A stretch of 61,702 nucleotides of DNA, filler included, from Sphacelaria rigidula (lineage: Eukaryota), in assembly GCA_964200075.2 (NCBI GenBank). It is 10 parts of 10 records of this genome, joined end to end, with 100 filler letters (N's around TTAATTAATTAA, not from the genome) between each part and the next. Parts side by side here need not be neighbours in the genome. Positions count along the whole stretch, not along the records: positions 6,182 to 12,262 come from CAXNAA020022369.1; positions 12,363 to 18,442 come from CAXNAA020022370.1; positions 18,543 to 24,622 come from CAXNAA020022371.1; 7 more parts are not named here. One strand, written 5' to 3'. The notes beneath the pieces were generated by a model, which had not been told where the DNA came from, searched no databases, and worked only from the letters and a program-made list of their open reading frames with translations. The translations under genes were made by a program, and so were the position numbers. Positions 10,845 to 23,620 of this stretch are shown one piece after another; the first letter of the stretch is position 1, and the number at the start of each line of letters is the position of its first letter.

Positions 10845-12362
10845 CTGCGTGAGACACACAGAGACAGACAGACACACGGCACAGGAGCACGCCCAAAAGG
10901 CGAAAACGCAAAGTAAGTATAATAATGGACAAAACGCAATATATAAACAAGAACACACGCACAGTAAAAATGCAACAAAAAAAAAAACGGCCAGGAAAAA
11001 CGTGGGAGACCGAAACCTTGACAAAATGGAAAATGGCAGCGACGCGCCAATATTGAAATAAGCAGCGGAGATGCACAACAAATAATAAATGACGGCGAAG
11101 CGAGGCAAAACGAGGCAAAGCGACGCAAAGCAAAGGGCAGAACATCGTTATGTATGCGATCGGTACTCTTCGGGGGAGGGCTATTCTTCTTCCTCGCAGT
11201 ATTTGTAATCCCCACCCTCTCCTGTACTCGTCGGGATCACTCCGTCGCGTCGAGCGGCCAACCAGCCCTTCTACTCCCGGTACCCGCCTGACCATCAACC
11301 GTCGAGCATTGGATCAGTACCCCCCGCAGACCGTCGATCTCTATCGAGTCTCGTTATTCTGCCAACTCCCGCCTGCCTTGTATGTTAACCCGGAGAGGTC
11401 ACCTCAGAATAATAACAATGATAAGACGCTAACGAAACTCCCCAAGACCCCAAGTGAACATACCTGCAATTATCCTGAACGTTATGGTGAACATACCGAG
11501 GTGTGCTCACCTCACGCAAACGCCTCCTACTCCGCAAAGGGGGCAAACCCCTCGCCGACACCGCAGCAGCCAACGCCGTCCGAGCCACCACTCTCCTCCG
11601 CCACGCCTGCGGCCTCGTCGCGGCGGGTCTCTGTGCATTCCGGGCGGTTTCTCGGGCACGCACTTTTCCAGCCAATCTCTTGATTTCCCTGTGTTTTTTT
11701 TTTTTGCGTTTTTCGAGCCTTTTTCTTAAAATAACGTGAGGAATTCAGGTGTGTATATTTCAATAAATGACTGAAGACATGAAAAGCAAACGTTTACGGT
11801 TGTTGATGGTTGAAAAAATATTACGGTACAGCGTTCATGACACGTCTTCTGGGCCATGATATACGGGTGATACGCGAATAACAACATGCATCGTACGGGC
11901 GGTATGGTTGTCAAGCTTACGGAAAATGACCATCGCAACTGCACACTTTGGTGACGGTATATTGTTTTGCCAGCGGTTGAGAAATATCGATCGCCAGTTT
12001 GTGCGCTGCGATAAGTAGAATTGAGCCAGAGCTTTTACAGGAGGTAGCCATCGATGAAGGGAAACGTATTGGTGGTTTAACGCTCTATCGAATTTGTCAA
12101 GGGTGGTACAAAACGTGACACCACACCCGGCGCACCATTGGTGCTTCATTTTCATAGCCAGTAAAAGTAAGACGGCGATATCGGTGACAATTGCCGGAAT
12201 GATGAGACACTATATACTGTATTGTATCGGCTGGATGTATCGATGATATCGGAACCAGTACGNNNNNNNNNNNNNNNNNNNNNNNNNNNNNNNNNNNNNN
12301 NNNNNNTTAATTAATTAANNNNNNNNNNNNNNNNNNNNNNNNNNNNNNNNNNNNNNNNNNNN

Positions 12363-13580
12363 GGGATGCACACATAAACAAAGTGATAAAAAAGGGTAAG
12401 GCACAGATAGGCAGGTTGGACGTGATCCTCAGAGACTAGCACCTAGACACTAGGATCCAAAGATGTGTCCTGATGAACGTGATCGTACCTACTGGAATAT
12501 GCGGGAGGAGTATGAGAGGGGAACGTGAAGTTGGTCGAGAGGTTGGAAACAGCACAGATGGCAGCAGCTAAGAAGATACTTGTAAGCTCGAAAACGACGA
12601 GTAGTACAGTTTTGAGAGCAGAGTTGGGAATTTATTCACTTGAAACGAACAGAGACATGAAAAAATTGCGATGGCAGTATAGCGTAAAAAACTTGCAAAG
12701 AAAGAGATTGCCAGTCATGGTTGATGAGGCTGTATGGAAGGAAAGGACGAAAGGGAAGGCCGGAGTAAGATGGGATAAAGAAGTCGATAAACTATGGAAA
12801 GAGAAATACTGGCCATAGATGAAGACGTGGGGTACAAGACAAAAGTAAGAGATATTATAGAAATAAGGGGGAAAGGAGCGCTCTCGAGTCGCTCGACGCA
12901 AGGTAGACGAGGAGGAACACCTGAAGATATACGGGGGGTTGAGAGAGAGGATCGGGATGACAACATATCTGCATGGCCCAATGGACGCTGCGAGCATGAT
13001 GAAACTACGATCTCGGGTGGGGGACCTGGACCTGTCAGAAAGAAGAAAGAGATATGCCAGTAACCGTGTGGAGGAGGAAGGAGATGCACAGAACCGCCTC
13101 TCTTTGATTTGATTGAATTGATTGTTTTCATTGATTATCGTACTTCAACTGACCCCCCAGGAGTCCAGCCGTGGTATTACGATAGACGTACCCAGCAAAA
13201 CAATACTGAAACATCTCTGTGGCAGAGCAATATAAAGCAGAAGTCATGTAGCTGCAGAATGTGACCTAGGAGGAACGGGACGTGCTAGAGGGGGAAATGC
13301 GGGTCGTGACGAACGAAGGTGGTATGGAATCGTTTGACGCATTAGACAGTAGAGAGAAAACGATGGCTATACTGGGAGATAGATGGTGGCCAAAGACGGC
13401 GAAACAGGACCGGGATACGATATGTAAAAGGTTTTTGTGTAATGTATGGAAGGAACGTAATGAGCGCCGGAATGTTGAAGGTGTCTCTTATCAGGAGTAG
13501 GAACGGTGCTCCGTCTCGGAAGGAATGCGTAGCCAATGGTCAAACGACGAGGCAAGCAACAAATGAACATGCCCCTCCCC
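12363..13580 (+). mobile_element. LINE 3' portion (same family as 6329-8685), degenerate
   Basis: KLVERLETAQMAAAKKILVSSKTTSSTVLRAELGIYSLETNRDMKKLRWQY, HLKIYGGLRE and MAILGDRWWPKTAKQ. Ends GCAAGCAACAAATGAACATGCCCCTCCCC. Contains a nested (AATC)n-tailed repeat at about 13103-13215. Confidence 0.9.
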
Positions 13581-15492
13581 CTAATGGCAGGAAACTAAGA
13601 TAAGCCAAAAATCGGCGGCTCGATGTTTTCGAGATCACAATCCTCAGGAATTGGCGTAATGGGTTGCAGCACGTGTGTTTCGTGGCGGAGAGCGTGTTGT
13701 TCAACCATATGGAAGGGCGGCGGGGAGATTCGAAGACGTCGCAACAGCAGTTCCTGATGGCATTGCACGCCCTGGAATGATGCTCCAGCGTCATCATCAG
13801 GAAGTGAGTTGTCTGAGCGACGCACACCTGACGGATACAACCCCTGCCCAATCGTCGAATGACGCAGCGGCCTTGATGCTTGAGGTGTCGAGTGCATGGG
13901 TACGCCTTCAACCGGCGCCGCAGAACGCGGCAGGACGAACACGCATGAGAATTCCAAGTTCGCGTTTCCGCACGGGACACATGCACCTCAGCAATCTTAC
14001 TCCCCTGTGGGGTTCTGTGTGAACGCTACCGAACATGCACCTCGACAGCATGCATACGCATGCACAAGTGAGTTCAAGTTTTTGATAGCAGGTTACCGAA
14101 AAAGTAAAATTATATTCCAGGACGAGGTTGAATGTTCAATACGTGCAGCATTTCCAGCGAAGTTGAGGAACGTTTTTTCCTCACCCGCTGTACTCCGGTG
14201 ATTACATGCACACCTGCTGCATCTCTATTTCACCTGCTAGAGGTGCTTCGTCGCGTCAGTGTTGTGTCCGGCGAAGCGAGGTCTCAGCACTACGGTAAGT
14301 GATGGACAGGCACCGTTCAACCATTGGGGGACCAATGGGCGTTTTACCCGTATACACAGCTCAGGTGTTTCACGCAGCTCAAGTGGTCGGAAGCCGCAGT
14401 AGCCATGACAGCATCGGGAGTGTTGGCGTCCGTGAAACGTGGTACCTGGACACTCCTCCTTGCGTGCAGCAGCACAGAACACGTTGACGTTGGTGTGAAC
14501 ACTTGTTTGTTTTTCATCGAAGATTTTCTTTTTCACCGGCGACAAGGGGTTCGATTCGGTGCCGCATCCAGGAAAAAACACGGAAAATCCATATTATTTC
14601 ATTGAGCAACCGATACCTCTTGTTCTCGGGTATACAGAAGAATACCAGCGCGTTGACTTTCACTTTCCGGGCACAGCGTCGAAATTCTAACTGTTCGATT
14701 GTTCACCCACTAGCGTCCCCAAAAAGATGGCTGATCGTCCCAAGGTCCGGTCTCCGGTAGGTCAAACTATCCAAAAGCATCATTGGAAACACTTGAGATC
14801 GAATTCTATCACAATGACGGACATTACTGTAAACATCACTAGTTCGATCAAATTTTAGAGTACCATACGTACGGTGCTCGAGTGTTTGAGGAGCTACCGT
14901 ACTTCCGAACGCAAGGTTTATGTGAGCATACGAGTCAACCCCCCCCCAACACACACACTCTGAAGGAACATAAAGACAGAAGCGTTCGTACTCTGTTGCT
15001 CGCAAACAGGAGGGCTTGATGTCAAATCTCTATACGCACCATGTGAGACGTGGACGGCCGGGAAAACATACTACAGTGGGGGTCCCGTCACAGGGCGGGT
15101 TTCCACCATAATGCAGTCAAATACACGAGTCCGATCCTGTATAGTACTATCAAGTCATCGAGCTATACCAGCGTAGTACGGGGTTCCAGCACAGTGCGGT
15201 CATGCCGGGCTGGCAGCCCAGTGCACAAAGCCGGGGTTCCAACCATTGAAATCAAGTACAACATCATCACCTGACCTGGTGAGATCTCTACGCATCCGAC
15301 GTTTTGCCTTGTTGTGGCGTTTTACCCCCCTTGAACTGCGAAGTAGTTGCCGATTTTCAGCGAGCATGTATGCCATTGTGAACGTCTGTGACTACATTTA
15401 GATAAACGAATGCTGCTACAGTGAATGAAGATCCCAATATTTGGAGTTAAAGGGCTGGCTGGTTTCCAAAATATGCTGGAGACGATACACAC

Positions 15493-17731
15493 CTATTGGA
15501 CTCCGTCATAACGGCGTTGAGGACGGGAAACTTCCGAAGTATTCCCGATCTCGATTTTTCCTTCTCCAGCTTACTGTCGCCCAATTTCCCCGCAACCTCT
15601 CCTGAGTCACTCAGCAGTAGGTTACGCACCGGGGGGAGGGAGGGTGGGGGGGGGGCAGAAAATTAGGCTGTACTCATTTTTTGCTTGCCTGAACCACTTG
15701 ACCGTTGGCCACGCATCCGTGTCGAGACGGAGCACCGTTCCTACTCCTGATAGAGACACCTTTAACATTAGGGCGCCCATTACGTTTTTTCGTTACCTTA
15801 CACAACAGCTTTTACATATCCCATCCCCTTGCTCCTGCGCCGTCTGTGGCCACTGTCTATCTCCTAGTATAGTCATCGTTTTCTCGTTACTGTCTAATGT
15901 ACCACACGATTTCATGCCACCCTCGTTTGCTCCCCACATTTCCCCCTCTAGCACGTCTCATTCCTCCTTGTATAGTTCGCATTCTGCCAGTACATGAGTT
16001 CTACTCTGCTCTCTGCTCTGCCAAAGCGGCAATACTGTGCATCCACTTTCCCCTCCAATCGACTACTGATAACACCTCTTTCTTCTTTCTGGCAAGTCCA
16101 GGTGCCCCACCCGAAATCGCAGTCTCAACTTTTTCGCGCAGTTCATTAGGTCGTGCACATATGTTTTCATCCCTATCTCCTCTCTCAGCCAGCCCCTCGT
16201 ATATCTTCAGGTGCTCTCGCTCGTCAAACCTTCGTCTTGGCGTTACTTTTGCCTTTTTCTCCATCGCATCTCCTCGCTTTGCCTTGTAATCCCCACATTC
16301 ACCTGTGCGTATTATTCCGTCTTGGTTCCTCCCATGTCCTTTCACACTTTCTCGAATACGCCATTCCACCTTGTTCCGGCTGCCCTTCGGTTACTTTCTT
16401 CCATACAGCCCTATCAACTATGGCTGGCAGTCTCTTTCTTCGCACGGTCCCTACGCTATGATATTGCCATTTCAATTTTCTCATGTATCTGCTTGTTCTT
16501 CAGTGAGTTCATTCCTAAGTCTGCCCTCCATACTATATTGCGCGTTGTTTCTGACCATCGAAGTATTTTCTCAGCCACCGCCATTCATACTGTTTCCAGC
16601 GGCTTCATTAACTTCGCGTCCCCCTTCCATACTTTCTCCTGCATGTCATAGATTCGGTACGATCACATTCATTAGGATACATATCTCAATCCTAGTATCG
16701 AGGTGCGAGTCTCTCACATCCATCTTGCCTATCTGTGCCTTACCCTTTCCTCCTACTTCATTGACGTGTGTATCCCACCAGCAGTTTTGTCAGATCTTTA
16801 CGACAAGGTAAGTATACTGGTCTACAATTGGCAATGCCTCTTCCCACTTCCAGTTGAACTCTACCGGGCTCTTCTGATCTTCATTACATACAATATGTCG
16901 CACTTGGTTACGTCCGCTGTCACTCTCCATGATATTCTAGTGTATTCTAGCGCCTCCTCTATTTGCTTCTGTAATCCTTCTGGTGTTTCTGATATCCCCA
17001 CAAAATCATTCGCGAACATCAATCGCGATTCCGTATCTTTCCCCACCGTGACTTCTTGCTTTGCTGTTTCTATTGCTATATCAAGTCATTGATAAATACC
17101 TTGAATAAAGTGGGTGATAGCGTACGTACTTGTGCAACTCATTGTATTTCGATACTTCCCCATCTAGCATCATGACACTTGTGGCACATTCTGTTATCTT
17201 TTCCCCCCCTCTGATCCCAGTTTCCCGCGCCGGGGCGGGAGGGGAATAAATCGTTCACTTTGATTTCAAACTCCGACACTGACGAAATCATCAATATGAA
17301 GGATATGCTCCACCGCAGAAGCAAATAAACAACACACACACAAAAAAACACTAGTGATCACCACGTGCCTCCTTCCGTCACCCCCTGTATGACTCGAAAC
17401 ACTTCAAAAGTCAATCTATCTATCTGCTACGGTCTTCACACAGTCAGACCAAAAGTGCCCGGGCGAGAAGATGTCATCGTTTCCGTGACTTCTCCCCCCA
17501 CTCATATAGGTGTAGTCCGCGGGCGTCTGGAGTTTACAGTTGTCCAGCGCCCTTCCCCGCTTCTGCCCCCCTTCCCCGACGTACACCCTCCGTGCTGGTA
17601 AAATGCTCACCATTAAGTTCTGCGAGAAGTGGTCCGCGAACAGGCTTGCCCTCATCAGACGCAAGGAGTTGCAGGATGCGCGCCATCGTAACCGACGTGG
17701 TGTCGTAACCGGCGAATATCGCGGCGATCAT
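15493..17731 (-). CDS. Cytochrome P450, two consecutive internal exons (17731-17611 and 15601-15493)
   Basis: Exon 1, MIAAIFAGYDTTSVTMARILQLL, carries the I-helix AGxDTT motif. Exon 2, ...GILRKFPVLNAVMTESN(R), carries the K-helix ExxR motif. Splice sites are GT-AG, and the phase-1 junction (AAT G|gtgagc...actcag|GA GAG) joins in frame. The heme-binding exon is not on this contig. Confidence 0.85.
15631..17226 (-). mobile_element. LINE, 5'-truncated and degenerate, inside the P450 intron
   Basis: RLMFANDFVGISETPEGLQKQIEEALEY, RKRLPAIVDRAVWKKV, HLKIYEGL. The 3' end AATGAGTAC is followed by a C-rich tract. Confidence 0.9.
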
Positions 17732-18895
17732 CTGTGTTGTTCGGAGAGCGTACGTCAGTCGTCACACACGATGCTGCACGTGTTTGGAAACAGGAGAAGG
17801 AGTTGACTTTTTGAAGAAACGATACTCGTAGGCTGGATACACAAGTGATAGAACTATTCCAATTTTCCAATTGGTTGTTGTCTCAGGCTATTCCAGATTC
17901 GGCATTAGATTTCTGTGACAGAAAACAATCTCGTTTTTTTCGGAATACTTTTCAAAAAACGAGCAGAACGTTTCGGAAAACGAGCAGAACGTTTCGAAAA
18001 ACTGCTCAAAAAATGACCCCATTATCTTGAGTACAGGGTGGTACACTCAGCACCAGACAACTCTGCAGTGGTATATGAAGTGCAGAGTACTACACTCAAC
18101 TCCAGACACTCAAGACAAGATACTTTTTGCAGTCGTGTATGGAGTACAGACTACTATTTTACAGTCAACACAAAACAACACAGCAGTTCTACAGCATCAC
18201 GAGAAATCACGCGCCGTTCTAATCGCGTTCCGCAGGAGAAGGAGAAGAAGCAACAGCAGCAGTATCAGCAGCATCTTTACTGTCAGTAGATGTACGCAGC
18301 TGGGGGTGGGTCTAAATCAGCCGGCCGATTTGTGTGTGTGTGAGCGCTGTCCAGCACGGTGGCTATCACTCGTAAGGTGCCTGGGTGTTGTCGCACGGTC
18401 GAAACGCGGACTGTCTACGATCAAGAGCAGCAGCAGCAGCAGNNNNNNNNNNNNNNNNNNNNNNNNNNNNNNNNNNNNNNNNNNNNTTAATTAATTAANN
18501 NNNNNNNNNNNNNNNNNNNNNNNNNNNNNNNNNNNNNNNNNNCTTGCACTGGGTCTGTATACATGTGTGACATCAGTCTTTGATATGTCACTGCAAAGAG
18601 ATATCTCCCATATATATATATACATATATATATCTTCATTCAACGGCGGTGCCGCGTGTTACAAGGCTGGTCTGCACTTCACAGCAGTATGCTCAAGTCG
18701 CGCTGATTTGGAAAACGTGGGAAGTTGTGGTGTGGAAAGCGAATGCGGGATTTACTGCTAGCCCAGCTCGTAGTAGCGAGCGCGACGTGCGCGTTTGTCC
18801 ACGGAAGTCACACCCGCCCACTCGCTGATGAACACTAACCCATCCCTGCCCCCCCTTCCCCCCCCCCTCCCCCCGTACGACCTTCCCGCGCATAG

Positions 18896-19211
18896 CCTCA
18901 CGTACCGTTCCATGGGCACGCCATCGAAGCACGCGTTTACGCCGAGGATCCTTTCCGCAAGTTTCTCCCATCCACCGGCTCCCTCGTCACATACCGACAG
19001 CCGGAGCCTTGTCACTTCCCGCCCAACTACGCTATTGGTGCCGACGCGGCGGCGGGGGAAGGGGAGGGCGAAGGGGGAGGGGTCAGGGTGGACGCGGGAG
19101 TTGTGGAAGGGTCCGCTGTGTCGATTTACTACGACCCCATGATCAGCAAGCTCGTCACGTATGGAGACACGCGGATGGGAGCGCTTCATCGCCTCGGCGT
19201 CGCCCTGGATG
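18896..19211 (+). CDS. PCCA: Biotin carboxylase C-terminal region exon, most similar to propionyl-CoA carboxylase alpha subunit
   Basis: C-rich tract + gcatag| acceptor and GATG|gtgag donor. Translates [36 protein letters not shown]...[51 protein letters not shown] and [13 protein letters not shown] are PCCA-type motifs; methylcrotonyl-CoA carboxylase alpha is the alternative. Missed by the ORF track. Confidence 0.85.
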
Positions 19212-19319
19212 GTGAGATTGATTGATCACTACATACAGGTATTTCGATTTTGATGGTCGTTGATGAAACATTTTGTGAAGAGTATGGAGAAAAAGAGTTT
19301 GCGTAGGAAGGATTTGATG

Positions 19320-19750
19320 GTGGTGGTACTTGTAGTTGTAGATGTAGTTGTAGATGTAGTTGCAGTTGTAGATATAGTTGTAGTGGTAGATGTAGATGTA
19401 GATGTAGATGTAGATGTAGATGTAGATGTAGATGTAGATGTAGCTGTAGTTGTAGATGTAGATGTAGCTGTAGTTGTAGTTGTAGTTGTAGTTGTAGTTG
19501 TAGTTGTTGTTGTAGATGTAGTTGTAGTTGTAGATGTAATTGTAGATGTAGTTGTAGTTGTAGATGTAGATGTAGATGTAGATGTAGATGTAGATGTAGA
19601 TGTAGATGTAGATGTAGATGTAGATGTAGATGTAGATGTAGATGTAGATGTAGATGTAGATGTAGATGTAGATGTAGATGTAGATGTAGTTGTAGTTGTA
19701 GTTGTAGATGTAGTTGTAGATGTAGATGTAGATGTAGTTGTAGTTGTAGG
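19320..19750. repeat. Compound hexanucleotide microsatellite (GTAGAT)n/(GTAGTT)n
   Basis: About 430 bp of tandem GTAGAT/GTAGTT, with (GATT)n at about 19830-19860. Confidence 0.97.
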
Positions 19751-19828
19751 TGTTGGGTTGATGTTGCCTAACCTGCAGGTCGGGTATGCACGGCTGTCAG
19801 AAGAACACAACGAACCGGACACTATTGG

Positions 19829-19859
<31 letters not shown>

Positions 19860-20072
19860 ACAATATCTCACATTTGCTGATTGCAACATTATGTGTGCAG
19901 CCCAAATAGACGTAAACGTCATTTGTCGAGGTAAGTGACAGGTCTGTAGCCGTCACACGTAGCCTGCCGCTGGGTCACTACCCATTCCATTTCTTGACAT
20001 TATCTGGCCTGTCGCCTTATATATATGTGTATGTATATATATTGCAAATCTATCGATGACCCCCGTCGTAGC

Positions 20073-21304
20073 TAGAGGTAGGCACCGGATACCAAAAACA
20101 AAAAACCGGTTACCGGATAAGAGGCATTATTCTCAGAAACAAAACACCGGTTTAACCGCTTTTTTTCAGCAGGTTTAACCGATTCACCGGGAAACCAGTT
20201 TAACCTGATGAGCAACGGAAAACGCCTCCACAACGTTGAAGCGCAGGCGAATTAGGCGTTGTTGTCGTGTGTTCCGTGTGTGATGGGTGATGGATACGCT
20301 CAAGCACACCCATTGCCAGTGACGGCAAGGTTTGATCTCACACATCCGCAACCGTGCAACACCTGTCGAACTCACAGCCCAGTGGCTGGTGACAACGATT
20401 ACAGTGTGTCGAAAGGAAAAACTGTAGTAGTAGGCACCTGAACTGTTCATGTCGTAATTTCTTCGTAATAATTGGCGATTTTCTTATGCTTTTTCGCTTC
20501 CCACCGCTCATCACTTTGGGGGGGGGGCGTACTCATTTGTTGCCTACATGGGGGATCTGAAGATACTTGTATCCGCTCCACATTTCAAGAAAATTTATAA
20601 TCTCTGTACTCAACATCGAGTGACCTACGGGCTTACCGGTCATCGGAGGTCCTGCACTTTTCAGCCGAGATTCTGACTCTTCGGTACTTTTTGTCGATCG
20701 ACCCCATCCCGATCGTATTTGTGAAACAAATGTACAGGCTTGCTCTTTTAAAATTCCACCTGCTCTTTGCACTAGAGCCGAATATCTGTATTTCACGGTC
20801 AATAAAACCCTCCTGATAAATGGGGTATCTACTCGTATCGTCCCATAACACCAAATAACACTAACTTGGGCACTGTGTTTTGGGGAAGATCTGCGTATTT
20901 TACAAAAATGTACCGACGCTAGCACTTTCGAGTTCTATCGAAGAGTAGTCAGCTAGAAACCCCCCAAACAACCCTGAACAGTTCAGGCGTCCCGTACTGT
21001 ATGCACCCCACGCCCTGCCCGCCCTTGCAACCCAACGCCCAACAATACGAGGGAGGAGTAGGTGTCATCCCATTCCTCAACTTCAAACTTCGCAATTGAT
21101 CCGGTTACACCGGAAGTACCGGAAGACCGGTTTAAGCGCCATAATAACGCCCCCTTCTCTCGGTTAAACCGGTTTTACGGTGAACCGTTTTAACCGTGAA
21201 AAAAAAACTCCGTTTTTTTTTACAGAACCGCAAACGGTAAACGCATGTTGGGGTTTCCAAGAACCGGTTATCTCCGGTGTTTTTTTTACAGGTGCCCACC
21301 TCTA
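20073..21304. mobile_element. Non-autonomous hAT element with intact 8-bp TSD
   Basis: TIRs TAGAGGTAGGCACC / GGTGCCCACCTCTA; perfect 8-bp duplication GTCGTAGC at 20065-20072 and 21305-21312; many subterminal AACCGGTT-type motifs at both ends. Confidence 0.92.
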
Positions 21305-21694
21305 GTCGTAGCGTCTCTTGCTTCGAGCGCCCCCTCCCTCTCCCCTCCCTACCTCCTCCCTTCGCATACATGTCGTGTTTTTGCTCTGGTGCAATGCGTG
21401 CTGGTTTTTTGCCGCTGGATCTTGCCGTTTTGAAAGGAAAGCTGATAAGGAAACAAGCATGCATACCGTTGATGTCGCTTCTGCTGCTTGGGTGTGGACA
21501 TCGGGACGTTTGGGCCCCACCCGCCCTATGGTCATTTTCCTCTTGCGATGATTTCGGAACATAACCAAACACGTTTTCATGTCTTGTCTGGTCGTTGCCC
21601 ACAGAATACGTCGTGAAAGGCGTGAATCACAACATTCCATTCCTGCGGGACGTGGTACGGAATTCAGACTTCGTGGAGGGGAACTACAGTACTT

Positions 21695-21956
21695 CGTTCA
21701 TTGGCAAGCATTATCCCGACGGGTGAGTGATCGCGTTTACTGGCGTAGAATTGTCCCGACGAGTGAGACGGACAGCGTTGATTGGTTTAGAGTTATCCCG
21801 GCGGGTGGGGTCGGCAGCGTTCATTGGCACAGCGTTATCTCGGCAGGCGAGATTGGTGGCGTTCATTGGCTTAGCATCATCGCGATGGCAGAGATGGATC
21901 GCGTTGATTGGTTGAGCACTATGCCGGCGGGTGAGCGACGACGTTAATTGGCTTAA
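21695..21956 (-). repeat. 42-bp tandem repeat (about 6.3 units), probable relic of a 14-aa protein repeat
   Basis: Units start CGTTNAYTGG every 39-42 bp. The minus frame reads P[IMV]NAxxLTRRDN[AS]x. Confidence 0.75.
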
Positions 21957-23129
21957 TCGTGTTTGTATGGTTTAGATGATGACTGTTTTTAAATGCGTTT
22001 GTGCTTGTTTTCTGAGACACGCATTGCTTTGCTCGAACGAATCAGCAGCACATGCTACCTACTACACAGGCCATTGTTGTTAAATGGCAGGTGTTTGATC
22101 TACTACTGTCTTGCTTGCTGAATATATTCTGTACCCATATCCCGTCATGCGTTTCGTTTGCGTATAACTGTGTGATGTTTGTATTAGATGATTTTTCCGG
22201 TTCATTTTCGAAGAAAGATTTATAGTCCCCCCGAAGGGTATGGTGATCAGAAACGCCAACAATTAAGCGGGCCGCGAAAATGGTTAAGGAAGTACAGCAT
22301 AGTCAGTCTACATTTTGCTGTCGAGTGTAGGGGTGACTACAACACTCCGTGGCCAACACACTGCTGCCCCCTAGTCATCTGTTCAGCTACTAATATTGAA
22401 CCTTCTTGTGTCAGCTCACGGCTTCGGCACCTACTACGCCATCACCACAAGCAGCGCTACTGTCTGTACAGCGCTACGTCTACTTCATGCTGCGTCCATA
22501 GCTACTGTCTGTACAGTGTGCGTAACGCGGCATGGGTGCTGATGTGGTGGTATTACGCTTGTAGAACACACCTGAGATATGGCGCACTACTCAGTAGTTC
22601 GTGCTGTGCAGCGACTGTCTGTACCGGCGGTTCGTACTTGTGTGCAGGTACAAGAGACCGCGGAGTGATCGACCATTGTGTGGCATTTCCGAACCTTCCG
22701 CGAGTGTGTGCAGGTCTGATAATACTCCATTTTGGCGAATGTGATATGATATGAAAATACTACTGACGTATCATGCTTGCATGGATTTTCGTCAGTCCAT
22801 AGTCGTCAACTTTACGATCTACTCGCAGTTGCAAAAGGATGGAGGTCGAGAGTATGTTCCTGAGGTTCCTGGGTTTCGGAGATGAAAATCTCCCAAACAA
22901 TACTCACCAGACATCATTCCCCACGATCAACGGCTTGCTAACTCTCGGGTCCCCACGAGATTCAGTCTCTTTAAGATGTTCAACTTGTAAATGCTCTACA
23001 TCACATCCACGAACACAGAAGTGACACCTGGGGCACAGGCAGGTTTGCGGTAGCCAGTGTTGCGTCGGATTATCGTCTTCCCGTTGGTGTTGATGGGAAA
23101 CAGTTACTTTCAGTCACTTCGTTGTTTTC

Positions 23130-23620
23130 TATATATTTGGCAAATATTGGCATAGGTGTCATCACCAAAATATTTCGTGAGTATTGCATTGACGTCTTCA
23201 TACTTGATACCTATTTGTGTTGATATCAATATGTTCGGTAAAAATGAGCATGAGTATCACCATCAATGTGCATTGGAGAATATGGTACAGTCAATATATT
23301 TGATGAATGTTGGCGTTTAGTACAATCAATATATTCGACGAAGATTAGCGTCTAGTATCATGAAATCAGTTAATATCAGCGTTTAGTATCGTCTTACATT
23401 TCGATGAATATTACCGTGTTGTATCATCAATATATTTGGTAAAGAGTAGCATTTAGTATGGTCGAAATATTTGGTGATCAATATGTCGATAGATATTGGC
23501 ATTAGTATCGTCAAAATATTCAACAAATACTAGCATTATTGTCATCATCAATATTTTTGATGAAGTCTAGCCTTTATCATCAACATACTTGGCAAATATT
23601 AGTAATAGTATTGTCTTCAA
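23130..23620. repeat. Degenerate AT-rich minisatellite, unit about 35 bp
   Basis: Recurring TCAATATATTTGATGAATATTAGCGTTTAGTATCA-like unit with no unique spacers. Confidence 0.75.

Noticed and set aside
13595..14022. Overlapping 115-148 aa ORFs as further P450 exons
   Set aside because: No PERF or FxxGxxxCxG motif, and no phase-2 acceptor giving a P450-like continuation after ESNR.
19229..19841. Long Thr/Ser-rich (mucin-like) and Val/Asp-rich ORFs
   Set aside because: By-products of the (GTAGAT/GTAGTT)n microsatellite just downstream of a splice donor; no coding evidence.
21579..21947. Plus-strand ORF with VHW/VDW repeats
   Set aside because: The substitution pattern is synonymous on the minus strand, not in this frame; it is a shadow ORF.
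23130..23620. CRISPR-like ~35-bp periodicity
   Set aside because: Units are contiguous and degenerate with no unique spacers, there are no cas genes, and the context is eukaryotic.
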